Of a DNA stretch of 35,809 nt, positions 23,278-35,809 are shown piece after piece. The notes under the pieces are model-generated. The model was given only the letters and a program-made list of their open reading frames with translations, did not search any database and was not told the DNA's origin. The position numbers were made by a program, and so were the translations under genes. Within the stretch, counting starts at the first letter, position 1, and each line of letters starts with the position of its first letter. The stretch is from Octopus bimaculoides (taxonomy: Eukaryota). The stretch spans positions 32,642,225-32,678,033 of the forward strand of contig NC_068988.1 in assembly GCF_001194135.2 (NCBI RefSeq), in the 5' to 3' direction.

Positions 23278-25895
23278 ATATTTGTTAATGCAGATTCTGG
23301 AATGGTTTAAATTGACAGGTTGCGAGATGGTTATTTCATTATTAAGAACAATATTTCCAACCACATGAAAATATATATCATATTGTTTATTATATTGTTT
23401 GCTAGTCAGAAAAGTACAACGATATTTAGGAACTCAGATGTATAATGACATTCCATCTCAGAAATTCATTAATATACCCTCAACATTTCACTTGTTTTGT
23501 ACGTCTGGATTGATCGAAATCAGAAAAATATTTTGATAGTAGAGTTTGATACTTTATGCGCTGTAGTGAAACATATATTGAGCTAGATTATAAAATTAAT
23601 ATTTTATTTAATAAATGAATAAATAAGAATATTAAATTTGTTAATATATTTCACAATATAAACGAATTCCACTTTCCTCACACTTATTCTTTTGTAAGTT
23701 TTTAATTTTTTTTCTGTACACCTCAATATCAATAAAACATTATTCCAAGTCTTTGTCACCAGAACTGTATTTTCTTATTTTTCTAACAAATATTTAATCA
23801 GAGAGTAATATACTAAATGTTCACCTGTTCATGATTTATATCAGTGTTATGCAAAATGTATTGTTTTGCATTTTTAAAAAAAGTTTCTCTTATATCGACT
23901 ACTTCGCGGAGCCAGAATGTCTCTGAAAGTCAGAAAGCTTCGTGTAGATTTATATATTTTAGTTTCATCATTGTAGATTTCAATATTACCATTAAAAGTA
24001 GAACTACTCTTTTTCGTTTCGAATATTATTATTCTAAAACGACTTCATATAACTTTCCCCAAAATTACTTTCAGTAAATATAGCTTTATTAAAAAACATA
24101 GGCCATCCTTATTGTATGAATATGAATGTTGCTTCTTATCACAGAGCCTAATAGTTGCGCCGCTGAAATCACCACTTTTTCCCACTCATGCACAATTTTC
24201 TCCAAATATTTCGAAGGGAACAAATACATTGTTTTTTTTTTATTTATGCATCACTCATGAAAAGCAGTCCAAATAACGTTTGCGAATACAATGCAAACAT
24301 GAATAGAATTAGACAGCTGAAAATTTATGATGAACCTTCATTGGAAAATCAAAGCAATGGTATTGTAACATTATACCTCCACAAAGCGGCCCCATCGAAA
24401 GATTGCTTTCCTTCCTATCAAATAGGTAACACATAGACCTGGCATTAACGCATCCTTGTTGCATCGCATGTAAGGAAATTCTCTGCATATTCCGTTTGCT
24501 TGCTATTTTTTACGCTGTTTCCAAATAATATTTTCTGAGTACTTGCTTTGAAAGTACGTGTTTGAAAAAATAGTGTCCACTGGTTTCCCAATTGGATGTC
24601 ACTGAGCAGTTGCTGTTAACGATTACTTCTATCAGTCCCTAAGTTATTGCAAGTTAACTTGGAAGTAATGGACACACTAAACCCTACCGTACACTGCAGG
24701 TATTGTACAACATACAGTTAACATCCTTGAAGTAAGCAAATGTAAAATAGTACACACCAGCCTATATTGCGAAAACTATAACCAGGAAGACCAGACTGTT
24801 ATCTACCCAAATGTCAACTTTAAAGAAACCCGAAATTATACTTGTTACTTCTGAACTAGTAAAACACTGAGCGAGATTAGAAGTTAGTTTCCATTCTTTC
24901 TCATGACTACCCTAACACAATCTCAGCGAGCAGAGATGATATTATGCAAGTCACATAATATATAAAATAATCGAAATGATCGACAAAATTGTGTTAAGAT
25001 TGGACAATGTGGCTTTTAGGTCAGCGAGAAGCCTTAGAGCGCTGCCAGTGTCAGTGCCGTGATCTTTATTTCCCTGAACCTTTGTGTCTATTCGAATATG
25101 CAAAGATTTTCCGAATAGTGACTTCACAAAACGAATTCCAAAACTGTTAAGACTGCTATAAATGTTATTCTCATAATCGCACTAAAGAACTGTGTACCAC
25201 AGAACGGAAGCACTTGTCGCCCTTGGGATTTTGAATCTGTGTTCAGTGTCTCTATTTCCACAAATACATCCGATGAGACGTCATATAAATCGCAATACCA
25301 ACGTGATATAGACCTACCTGCAAGTAATATGAAGATTATTGCACGCGTGCGCACACACATGCACACACGCAGACACGCACACACAAACAAACACAACATA
25401 CACAAATAATGGAAGCATATTTCTAAATGCTACAAAATTCTCAAATAGGAACATTGCGTTAGAAATATTTTATTTGCGGGAGGTATAGAGGTGCCTGCAG
25501 CAAATATTTAGGCAAATATGGTCAGATGCTGCAAACATGTAAATGAAAGTTAATTTTTCTTAGATGTGTAAATTACATAAGGAATTCATATGATCAATTA
25601 AACTTCGAGTGATCCAATCTCTAAAATATTAGCTACCCCATCAAGCTTTATTGAACGACACTTCGGCGCGAGCATTTGTTAATTTTGTAATTAGTGGCAA
25701 ACAAATCCAGGCACTTTATAGTAATGCAATTACTGACAATATCAATAATAGCGGTATTTTCAAGCATAATATTTTAGCCGTTAATTTCGTGTGCCTCAGT
25801 TTCTTATTGTTATATTTCTCTTGTTTACTTACAAAGAATAGAGTAATAATCCGGATAGGTGTGTTGTCTGTGGTTCAATATACTTCTCTCGTTTT

Positions 25896-26120
25896 GGCGG
25901 CGAGCTGGCAGAAACGTTAGCACGCCGCGCGAAATGCTTTGCAGTATTTCGTCTGTTTTTACGTCTTTAAGTTCTGAGTTCATGCTCCGTCGAGGTCGAC
26001 TTTTCCTTTCATCCTTTCGGGGTCCGATAAATTAAGGACCAGTTGCGTATTGGGATCGATCTAATCGACTAGCTCCCTACCCCAAAATTCGGGCTTTGTG
26101 CCTAGAGTAGGAACGAGTAT
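25896..26120 (+). mobile_element. Near full-length tRNA-derived SINE with a conserved central domain (Nin/Deu- or Meta-type; family not determined)
   Basis: Head ggcggcgagctggcagaaacgttagc, B-box-like gagttcatgctcc, central gaggtcgacttttcctttcatcctttcggggtccgataaattaaggaccag; abundant octopus SINE from recall. Confidence 0.8.
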
Positions 26121-26774
26121 ATTTCTCTCGTTTACTAGCAAAGAAGAAAACACAGTGGTACTCTAGATAGGTGTGAAGTCTGTTTATTCCAACTGTAAAA
26201 CTCAAGACTGTAATGATAACGTAAACCAAAAATCAAGACGCCTTGTAAACGTTCTCCCGAATTCCAGAAGTTTGAATTCTACTGGCTAGCGGTCTCCATA
26301 ATACTTATGTCGAGCAGAGAAGATTGTTGGCAAATTATGGGAATATATCTAGTTCACATTTGATATGCCGAAATCGCCGAAATAATTTAGAAAACAGTAT
26401 TACTTAATCAATGAAGGCAGTAACCTACACGCCTTTGATGTGGTTTTCATTGATGAAAGCAATATCTTTCCTTAGTACTTAGTATCACTTTCTACGTAAG
26501 TATAAGAACGGCAGTTCCTTTCCCTTCAACGATTTACAGGTAAAATATAAGTGATAGAAGAACAAATACAATATGACATTTTTCTTGTATTTCTATGAAT
26601 ATAGTTCAAGTGTTGTTCACTCAACTGTAGCATATGTACAGTTTGTGCTGGTGTCAATGAATTTACAGTAATTTACATTTTACATTCAGTACTTGAAATA
26701 TATACATATTGCATATATACATACATACATTTACGAAACAGCAACCCACATGTACTTTCAAGTTTCTTTCTTTA

Positions 26775-26891
26775 GGAAAAAGAATGAAAGGCAAAATCAA
26801 CCATGAATTGAACGCAGAAAATAAAGACAGACGAAATGCTGCCAAGTGATCTCTCCGGCGTGGTAACGATTCCACCAGTTCACCACCTTAA
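26775..26891 (-). mobile_element. Diverged inverted copy of the same SINE (5' half)
   Basis: The reverse complement aligns to 25896-26020 (gcagcatttcgtctgt vs gcagtatttcgtctgt; cctttcattcttt vs cctttcatccttt). Confidence 0.75.
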
Positions 26892-29800
26892 ATTTACAAT
26901 AATCTAGCGAACAAAATACATTCAATTTTGATAGATTTTTAGCATGGAAGGCAGATGTTTTTGTTAACATATTGTTGCACTGTTGTCGCAGTTCCACTGT
27001 TATCTTGAACCTGATTATATATTTCATATTCCTAGGGATTAATTTAATTTCCGTTGCCCAGTTATGAGAAAATAATGAAAATGTCTTCTCTTAAACACCA
27101 TAAAGATCGTAATAATTTTACGATAACCAGACTGAACAGTTGAAATATCTCCTTTTTTTTTAAATTCTACGATCAACGCATCCTGAATTACCGAGGGTAA
27201 CGAACGCTACACACTTTTTCGACTATTGCTCTAACCTGGGGAATTGAAATACATAATGCTGACATATAACTCAAAAAATAGAATGAATAACAAAAACATT
27301 AAATTATTGACTAGATATGTAGCATCGAAACATTTGATTTTAGCATAAAATTACGAATAGAAAACTTTGATATATGACACTAAAATATGGAATAGAAACG
27401 GTGCAGCATAATATAAAAAATATTATAGAGACACTGCAAGATGATATTGTACTGTAATATACAGATACAATGTGATAGATTATAGCAACGCAGAATGGGA
27501 ACATTTAACTATACAATAGAAATGCTTAGAAAAACTTGGAACAGTCAATATCAATATTGAACTACACTGCAGAAATATGTAATAGAAACTGAATACTGAA
27601 AATCAGCACTATGATATTATAAGATTATGAAGAAATATGGAACATAGCTATTTGGGGAAATAAAAGTGGTTTTATATTCTCAGAATTCATTTCAATTAGC
27701 GTATGTACAGTAGATATTTTTTGTTGCAAATATATTTTTATATTGAAAGTGTAAATATGCTTTTCGTATAAAAATGGAGGTGAGAGGCACGGCTGTCATG
27801 ATAATCGTTATTGTGGAACGTTTAATCTGACATCAACTTTGAAAATTGTGCATGTCAAATCGAAAATATGACTTCTCTTAATGGGTCTTGGAGAGATATG
27901 TAGGTGTTATAACGAAAGCGGCAGTAATGACGTGTTGCAGCAAAGAAATGATGCAAAAATGAACCCTAGTAAAAACAACTGCTATAAAAAGAAACTACAT
28001 AAACAGCACCGCTAGTTGCGATTACAACAAGTAAATAAATATAACAAGAAAAATTAATGCATTGGGAAGTACAAGTCTTAACATTCTCCATATAAAGAAA
28101 AGAATGATTGATATTGACATTGAAGATCATATATTGAAATCCTCGTCATCAGCAAAAACGGCAAATCAATATCAAAAACTATGAGGAAGGACAAACGCTA
28201 CGTCAAGAGGGGAAAGAAGAAATTCTCGTGGTAAACATCAACAATAGCAAAATATTTTCTAACGCAGTCACTAAATCATCTAAAATTGCGTAGGGTGTCT
28301 TCTATTACAGAGACAAAGAAGGTGAATTCTAGAAAGTGATAAAAAGCTAAAGGAAGTTTCATTTATGCATGTCTCTCGCAGGAAAATTCCTTGAATCCAA
28401 CCTGTATAAGAAACCCCACGGTCCATAATGTGATGTAATTTTAAAATGTTGGCACCTGCTTCAAATGGAAAACATTGAAACCGTCGTGCTAGTAGAGAGG
28501 ATAAAACCATAATGCTTGCATTGCAATAATATCAACACTCCCCTCCTTCGTAAGTGCATACTGAACATTAATTCCTGCCGTTGGGGTCAGGAATCATTTA
28601 GTATATTTCTCTCACGTTTCCGATCATTACCACTGAAATGTTTCCAACGATTTTGCAATAACAGTTGTTTAAAATTCTTTGATTTACTGAAAAACAATAT
28701 TAAGATGCCTCTTCCGAATCCTGTGCGTATTTTAAGAAGTAGTGCAGCAAAATATTCTTTCTGAGTTTTGGTATATATTATAACCAAACTTGAACCAGAT
28801 CTGATGAGTAAGAAGAGTATGCAATTCGTGTTGAACGGGAGAACTTAGCCATATACGTAAGAAATTTAAGTCCTTATTGTGATGATAAATTTAAGTAATA
28901 TTGACGTTTCTGATGGTATGAGAAATGTTAAATAAAAGCCAAAATTAAATGATATATCATCATTCGTGTAACATACAAATTAATTAATTTCCTTGAAGGC
29001 ACATATTTGGCAGATACTTTGAATCATTATAACAAAATATAATTAGGAAAGTATTGGATTTAATTTGTGCGTTGAGACATTTGTACTAGACTGTATAATG
29101 TATATATATAATACTATAATACATTGTATATTATACATCATAAATTAAATATGTAAGAAAAATTACTTTGAATATCTATAGTGAATGAATATACATATGA
29201 AGTACATATTACTCGCTAGAGTCTTCTGCAAGAAGCTTGATATGTACATGTTATATGAGAAATAGTAATTGTCCAAAAAATCATAAATAAAATGAAAAAA
29301 CAAATCAGGCAATATAGCGTGGAGTTTGAGATATATAACTCTATGAAATAAAATAAAATATAAATGAATAGATGTATGTACGAATGAATACATGAACACC
29401 TGAATGTCGCACATTCATCCTTTCAAATATTTTATTGAAAATAAGTGAGAGTTATGCTTGAGTAAACAGATATGTTTAGAAAATAATTTCTATTTCTGAG
29501 GAACTCTATGACGGCAAATCTCGTAGTGTAAAGAAAAGAATTCAAAGGAAAGGGTTTTGAAGAATACTGATGAAAGAATCAGATGGAATATGCATTGAAT
29601 ATTGCATCTGGCGTTTGGGAATATATTGACACTAGATATTTTATATTCTATTTCGTAATATATATATGTATAGTAATATTTTTGAAAATGCGGATTTTGA
29701 AAGTAGGGTGTTTTTTTCCTCAAATAATAATTTCTTATGGCTTCATAAAGCCATAAATTTACATGCGTGTTGTATATTAGAATTAAGTAACCGTAGTGTA

Positions 29801-31001
29801 CACTCAGTAATTCTTTGTTCTTGGTTCTCTTATCTATATTATCGAGGTGGCAAGTATGAAATCTCCTAGGTATTTCCACGGTGAACAAATACATGTATTA
29901 TATTGAAGCTGTCCAAACCTATCCCTATTTCGCCTTCTATGTTATTACTAAGGTATCCGTTTTGGCTTTGTCGCAATGATAAACATTTCTACAAACTCTA
30001 CAGTCTATTCACTATGTCTACATATTTGACAGTCGATCAGCAGCATATTTGAGCCCGAAACATATGACATGCCTAAATATATTTGATAGGCACTCTATCG
30101 AATCAGCAGCACTCCGTGCATCTGAACCTATAACAAATAATATCTTTTACATTTTTTTAAACCGTGGTATGTTTGGAACTCCAGTTAGCAGAGAATTAAA
30201 CGATGTGACGACTCTACAGGTTACTACTGCTGTACGATTTATGAAGCCGGCATGTAAAAGAAATGACTGTGCGAAATTTAAATATCCAAGATATATTGGA
30301 TATGACATTCGACTGCACTCTTTCATCCCAACATAGTGATTTTTACTTTCATGATATATGGATACATTGATTGCATCAGTTCAATATATCACTTGCATTA
30401 ATATCATCGAGCCAAGAAAAATGAAAGGGAAATTATATTGAAGTAGAATTTGAATCCAGAATCAAAGGAATTACTCTAACGACATTCGTATTACCCACCG
30501 TCAAATAGTAAGTACATGAAAGCAAATGCGAAAAGCTAAAGAAAACTAGGCGTCCAGGATGCATGGAGAAATGCCGCACAGGTGTACACGCACATAAGTT
30601 CGAATGTATATTTCCTTGGCACAATTTTGCTGCGTAGCAATGCAGAAGTATACAACATGTATGCAATGGGAAAGCAAAATGTTAGATGAAGGGAAGACAA
30701 TAGATATGATTAAAGAGATGAGATAAAATATGAATAGCGTGTGCATTTATTCATTGCAGAAATACGTTACAAAGTGATAAATACAAATGCGTAAAATTAT
30801 AGGAAAGGCCGAGTGAAAGTGAATGAAGAATTGAGATGTTGTTGGAACATTCATATATTACATTTGCCTATCATACCTATCATTTGTAATATTCATTAGC
30901 TCATTTATCTAGCAATATATCGATGAAATTAACTACAAAGAGTTTCATCGAAGAAGTCCTGCTTAATAAGAACATCTATTATATGCCTGTTGATAATCCT
31001 A

Positions 31002-31032
<31 letters not shown>

Positions 31033-32269
31033 CATAAATGTATTAGATTATACCATGCGCACTCCAAGGGTAACAACTAATAAATATTCTGGTAATACAT
31101 GCTAGCAGAAAAAAGATGCAGAAAATAAGGTGGTAGAAACATAGATATTCCACCTAATCTCTTCATATAAGTTACGATTTGAAATATATCTCAGATATTA
31201 ATGTTGTTCACTTAACTTTAAATACAACCTATAGTGGTCTCATACTACTGTAATTCCAACCAATTATTTTCGTAATTTGACTTGCTTGACTGCGTCCGTA
31301 AATTGGAATATAATTTCGGTGTGTAAGTAATTATGAATATAATATGATGCAGCGTATCACATTATACTCATATAACTGAATTTCTGTATTACTGTCGTGA
31401 TTAATGTCAAATAGAAATATCTATAAAATATTGTTCATTTATTTATAAATAATGTAAATTATATAACAATGAAAAATATTGTGCGGTATTAAAATTTCCA
31501 AATACACGACGTTACTCCAATGTGACTATATAGCAGAAACAGCCTAGCTAAAAATTAAATGCCACTGATGTCATAAATTGCAACATAAATTCAGGAGTTC
31601 GAATTATCACAGCAAAGATGATTCCTAAATAACCTTCTAAAGTTGTTTCATTTCGTGAGTATGTACACACTACTAATAACGTCGTAGATTAATACTTGTA
31701 ATGCTTGTTGAAATTCCGGGGATATTAATTATAAATGTAGAAATCTTCTAGATATAAAGTTTGAAATGGTTAACAACTTCAAATTGATTTCGTGGAAAAT
31801 ATAGTATTCTTTTTTTACTGAACGGAAAAAAATGATAACAAACTGGTTGTGCAAAATGTCAGATAATTGGAGGCTAGAAGAATGCATCAGTATACATTAA
31901 CTATGTATTGCAGTACTGAAATCGAATCGAAATTCGGAGGAGCATACTGTTTCGCAATATTTTCTATTTCATTCCGTTGATATTTTGCGCCCCACCTCAC
32001 CCCCTACACAACTTAATGCTGACAGTGTTATTCTGCGACACTTTTAGTTCACTGAAATGATATATAAAAGAATACATAAAATTATACGCTTACAAACATA
32101 TTTCTTCGAAACCGTTGCAACAAGCCACTAGTATTTTCAGCATCTTCATAACTGTATCTAACACTGTCACTATTATATATTATGACACTAAAAGAAATGG
32201 CTGAGACGTATCACAGCTAGTTACAACTAGAAATTGAGACGTCCTCGACCTCGAGCTAACAGCTTTTAC

Positions 32270-32341
32270 TCTCTATCTCTCTCTTTGTATCTATCCATCC
32301 ATCCATCTATCTATCTATCTATCNNNNNNNNNNNNNNNNNN

Positions 32342-32400
<59 letters not shown>
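32270..32400. repeat. (TCTA/TCCA)n and (TG)n microsatellites around a small gap (32324-32341)
   Basis: Read directly. Confidence 0.9.
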
Positions 32401-32403
<3 letters not shown>

Positions 32404-32494
32404 ACAGCATCATAACGCAATTCACTCTGCCGAGAAATTTGGAACGACATCCTCTACTGCTTGGCATTCGCCCTGAAGGTTTAACTACCAACAG

Positions 32495-33158
32495 GTGGTG
32501 AACACAGAACAACTGTTGGTTTTCCGTGTCCTCAAAATATGTACCGATAATGATAAAAATGAATCATCCAGTGAACATCATGGTGTTTGGAGTTATCACA
32601 AGTGGTGGCGACGTTATGCCTCCATTCTTCCTCCCATACGGCCTCAAACTCAACACGCAAGTCTACATTAGGTGCCGGAGGAGGTAGTGCTGCCTTAGGT
32701 CAATAGGGTGGCTGCTGGAAGATCCTCTCTCTGGCAACAGGACTCTGCACTATGCCATACAAACAGGACAACCCAGGCATGACTGTCAGACAATTTCTGC
32801 GACAAAATCACACCTAACATCTGGCCACATAACTCCCCACAATCCCCTTGATTATTATGTGTAGGGCGCAGTTGAGCGAGAGATCTACAAAACGCTTGTA
32901 ACATCAAAGATGAACTGGAGGCAATGATTATGGCAGTATTCACCACCTTAAACCAGAAGACAGTTCCGAAGAATTGCAGGAGATTCCGAAGACGTCTGGA
33001 AGCCGTGGTTGAAGCTAATGAGAATTTTATTGGATAAATTTGCTCTTTAGCATTTCAAGATAATTTTTATGTAATTTTGGTAAATATATCTGTTACTATG
33101 AAATGTCAGTGTTATTTTCATTTTTGCGTAATTTAGACAATATATGCACCGCACCCGG
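32495..33158 (+). mobile_element. Tc1/mariner-superfamily DD37D (maT-type) transposon remnant: transposase C-terminal half plus right TIR
   Basis: NTQNNCW...HPVNIMVFGVITSGGDVMPPFF...WQQDSALCHT...IWPHNSP..NPLDYYV*GAVERE...RFRRRLEAVVEANENFIG* (TAA 33035-33037). There are 37 residues between the last two catalytic Asp once a small deletion at the SPDxNP frameshift is restored. It ends ...tgcaccgcacccgg|TA (33159-33160). Confidence 0.85.
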
Positions 33159-33563
33159 TATGAATATAGTTCAAATTTACAGAAAACAAAAGACGAAAGT
33201 AGGTGTAGGAACAACAAACTTGTGTATTAGAGTAACACTTAGGAAGAGTGAAAAATTCTTAAACGTTTCCAGCCTACACTCTTTAACAGGAATGATTAAG
33301 AGGTAAAAAAAAAGAGGGAATAAAAAAGAAACGGTGAGAGTAGAAATGAGGCTGAATGACACGGTGAGATGACGTTGAACCAGTTGAATGAATTTACTTG
33401 CCCGAGCGTGTGCGTATGTGAGAATGATGTGTGAGAATGTGGAGGTATGAAAGGGAATGTGTGTGTCTAAATGTGTGGGCGAGCTGAAAAATGTATGGAC
33501 CTGTATGTTTGTATGTATGTATGTATGCATGTATATATGTATGTATGCATGTATATATATATA

Positions 33564-33769
33564 NNNNNNNNNNNNNNNNNNNNNNNNNNNNNNNNNNNNN
33601 NNNNNNNNNNNNNNNNNNNNNNNNNNNNNNNNNNNNNNNNNNNNNNNNNNNNNNNNNNNNNNNNNNNNNNNNNNNNNNNNNNNNNNNNNNNNNNNNNNNN
33701 NNNNNNNNNNNNNNNNNNNNNNNNNNNNNNNNNNNNNNNNNNNNNNNNNNNNNNNNNNNNNNNNNNNNN
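33564..33769. other. Assembly gap (N), flanked by (TA)n
   Basis: Run of n. Confidence 1.
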
Positions 33770-33964
33770 TATATATATATATATATTGTACTAAGGCTAT
33801 CATTGGTTTCATGTTGGCAAAATTATTTTAATATCTTAACAATTTCCCAGCCGATAGCTGTTCTTAATGCAGAAATGGAGAAATTTTTTCCATGAACTCT
33901 GTGCTGGGCACTTATTCTCATTGCTCCACATTTACGTATTTGTGCGTGCGCGCGTGTGTTTGTA

Positions 33965-34281
33965 TTATCCTTTAGATGTTTCAGTCATTTGACGGCATCT
34001 AAGCTGGAGCAACGACGGTGTGAAGAGTTTTAGTCAAATGAATCGACTCCAAGATTTTTTCATGTCTGGCACGTATTGTATCGGTCTGTTTTTCACAACC
34101 GTTAAATTATTGGGCGGTAGACACATCTACACTCGTTGTCAAGCGGTGGTGGGGGACGCAAGCATAAAGACATACACACATACACAAACACACACACACA
34201 TACACACACACACACACCCATATGACGGGACACTTTTTAGTTTCCCTCTACCCATAGGACTTTGATTGGCCCGAGGCTATA
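33965..34281 (-). mobile_element. SINE (same family as 8559-8710 and 17365-17545) with an internal (CA/TG)n
   Basis: Reverse complement reads tatagcctcgggccaatcaaag...gggaaactaaaaag..ccgtcatat-(TG)n-ccaccgcttgacaac...gtcaaatgactgaaaca. Confidence 0.75.
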
Positions 34282-34584
34282 TATATATGTGTCTGTGTAA
34301 TTGTGTATGTGTGTGTATTTTACCCTTCTAAGAATGAAAAAGTGTCTGAGGTGTACGTGTTGGAATCCCGCAAACGAAGTTTACCCTATAACTGTAAAAT
34401 GCCCATTTTTGGCTGTTTTCATGGCTATACTGCATTCGTAATTTACTTTCTTTTTTGTAAATTACAAAGCATCGAAAAAAAAAAAAAGGATTCTATGTCG
34501 AAAATGAAGCAATTGTTCAATACCTAATTTTTTAAAATAAATTATAGAAACAATAGATATAATTTTACTGATGTTTACATAAAC

Positions 34585-34588
34585 CTGT

Positions 34589-34637
<49 letters not shown>

Positions 34638-34665
34638 TGTGTGTGTGTGCATGCATGTGTGTGCG
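34585..34665. repeat. (TG)n microsatellite
   Basis: Read directly. Confidence 0.95.
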
Positions 34666-35504
34666 TGTCTGTTTGTCTGCTTCATTTGTCTCTGCGTGTA
34701 TCTATCTTTACAAAAAATATATACAGAGATAGAGAGTAAGAGAATGACATGTACATGGATAGATATATATGTCTGGAGTTGAATTTGTGACATCGTTTTC
34801 ATCGAGACTCGATTCAGCCTGAGAATAAATGTAAGAAGAACGACGATTATAACTATGAGTTTATCTGACCATGCATCCTGTCGATACGTTCGAGAGAATC
34901 TATAAACGTTAAATGGATAATGTAATCCATTTATATAAACTTGCCTCCTTCACATCATTTCTCTATATTAGCTTGAAATCCAATGAATTTTGTTCCCTCA
35001 TTTCATTTGGTTTCCGAATTTTAATTGATTCTATCATAAATTTGCCATCGGTCAATCATACACATATAAGACAAATATTCAATATGTGGATTAAGTGAAA
35101 TTCGTAATATAGAAATTGTGTCTATCATATTCTCTTTCACATACTACAGAACTTCTTACAGATTACAAGTATAAAAAACTTGTTCAAACGCATTTGCTGC
35201 CACACTGGTTAAAAACCAACATTGCAATGACTAATACTATGTAGTAAAACTGTAATACAAATTAGAATGAAATTCATGCTGTAATGCATTCATAAATTCG
35301 AACCTGCATTATTTCATGCACATAAATCATTTTTTCAGCTGATAATAGACAAAAGCAGATATTTTAAAAACAATTTGGAATAGGTACAAAGAGCTACCAG
35401 CGTTACATCACATTTTCAAAAAACTCAATTCCAGGATAATTCATAGTTCATTTCTTGATAAGGAACGAATTTTTAAATATATTTGCTGGCTTTTGCAGTC
35501 ATAA

Positions 35505-35768
35505 AACAAGTACATTTATACATACAAACACACACGCGCGCATACTCACACACACGCATACACACACTCACACCCTCTCTCTTTCTTCCCCTCTCTCTCA
35601 CATACACACGCACACAGACACAGGCACATAGACACACACACACAGACACACACACCTATAGTGTTTTAGAGCAGAAATATCCCTGAAACGTTTTACATTC
35701 AGACATAAAATATCACTGTATACTTCTAATGTGTATATATTTCAAATGATTCACTGATATACGTATTG

Positions 35769-35809
<41 letters not shown>
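35505..35809. repeat. (CA)/(CT) degenerate tract (35505-35660) and terminal (TA)n (35771-35809)
   Basis: Read directly. Confidence 0.9.

Noticed and set aside
17135-26120. tRNA genes at 17240-17296, 19907-19985 and 25896-25990
   Set aside because: A/B boxes are present but there are no complete cloverleaf or acceptor stems; these are SINE-type heads.
26775-26845. Apparent plus-strand exon (tttctttag | GKRMKGKINHELNAENKDRRNAAK) and minus-strand ORF 26663-26875
   Set aside because: The sequence is the antisense of a SINE copy.
6708-29573. CTGATGA hammerhead half-cores at 6708, 10787, 17000, 28801 and 29567
   Set aside because: None is followed by a paired stem II, GAAA and a closing stem I.
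29490-30336. ORFs 29490-29894 (minus, 134 aa) and 30049-30336 (plus, 95 aa)
   Set aside because: AT-driven F/Y/I/N-rich composition, no recognisable domain and no consistent splice structure.
573-33895. Long ORFs in the track that span N-gaps (for example 573-1703, 2354-3271, 8610-9935, 21018-21774, 33177-33895)
   Set aside because: Their length comes from X residues (n), not real codons.
24-35686. HTHT/CVCV/YIYI, poly-F and poly-V/S ORFs
   Set aside because: They are direct translations of di- and trinucleotide microsatellites.

Overview
This is AT-rich, repeat-dense eukaryotic genomic DNA from a draft assembly with 9 N-gaps (about 4.2 kb in total), most of them abutting simple-sequence tracts. 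The SINE families and the density of (TG)/(TA) repeats match my recollection of octopus (coleoid cephalopod) genomes; that assignment is an inference, not a database result. I can support no intact protein-coding gene, RNA gene or CRISPR array. Nearly all ORFs in the track are artefacts of N-gaps or microsatellites. What is recognisable is a graveyard of mobile elements: three separate Penelope-like retroelement (PLE) remnants, a decayed CRE-like non-LTR reverse transcriptase, a DD37D (maT-type) Tc1/mariner transposase remnant with one TIR, a Tigger/pogo-like MITE, Helitron-like elements and several tRNA-derived SINEs. Four observations merit a second look: (1) a PLE whose 3' end carries a tRNA-like Pol III module and has an inverted terminal fragment upstream bearing half a hammerhead-like motif; (2) a hammerhead-shaped repeat with a non-canonical core; (3) a near-identical 200-bp segment apparently copied into an (ACT)n microsatellite; (4) inverted repeat pairs that could form dsRNA. 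A few isolated exon-like segments suggest the window may be intronic, but none could be assigned. I did not find convincing evidence of a novel biological system.
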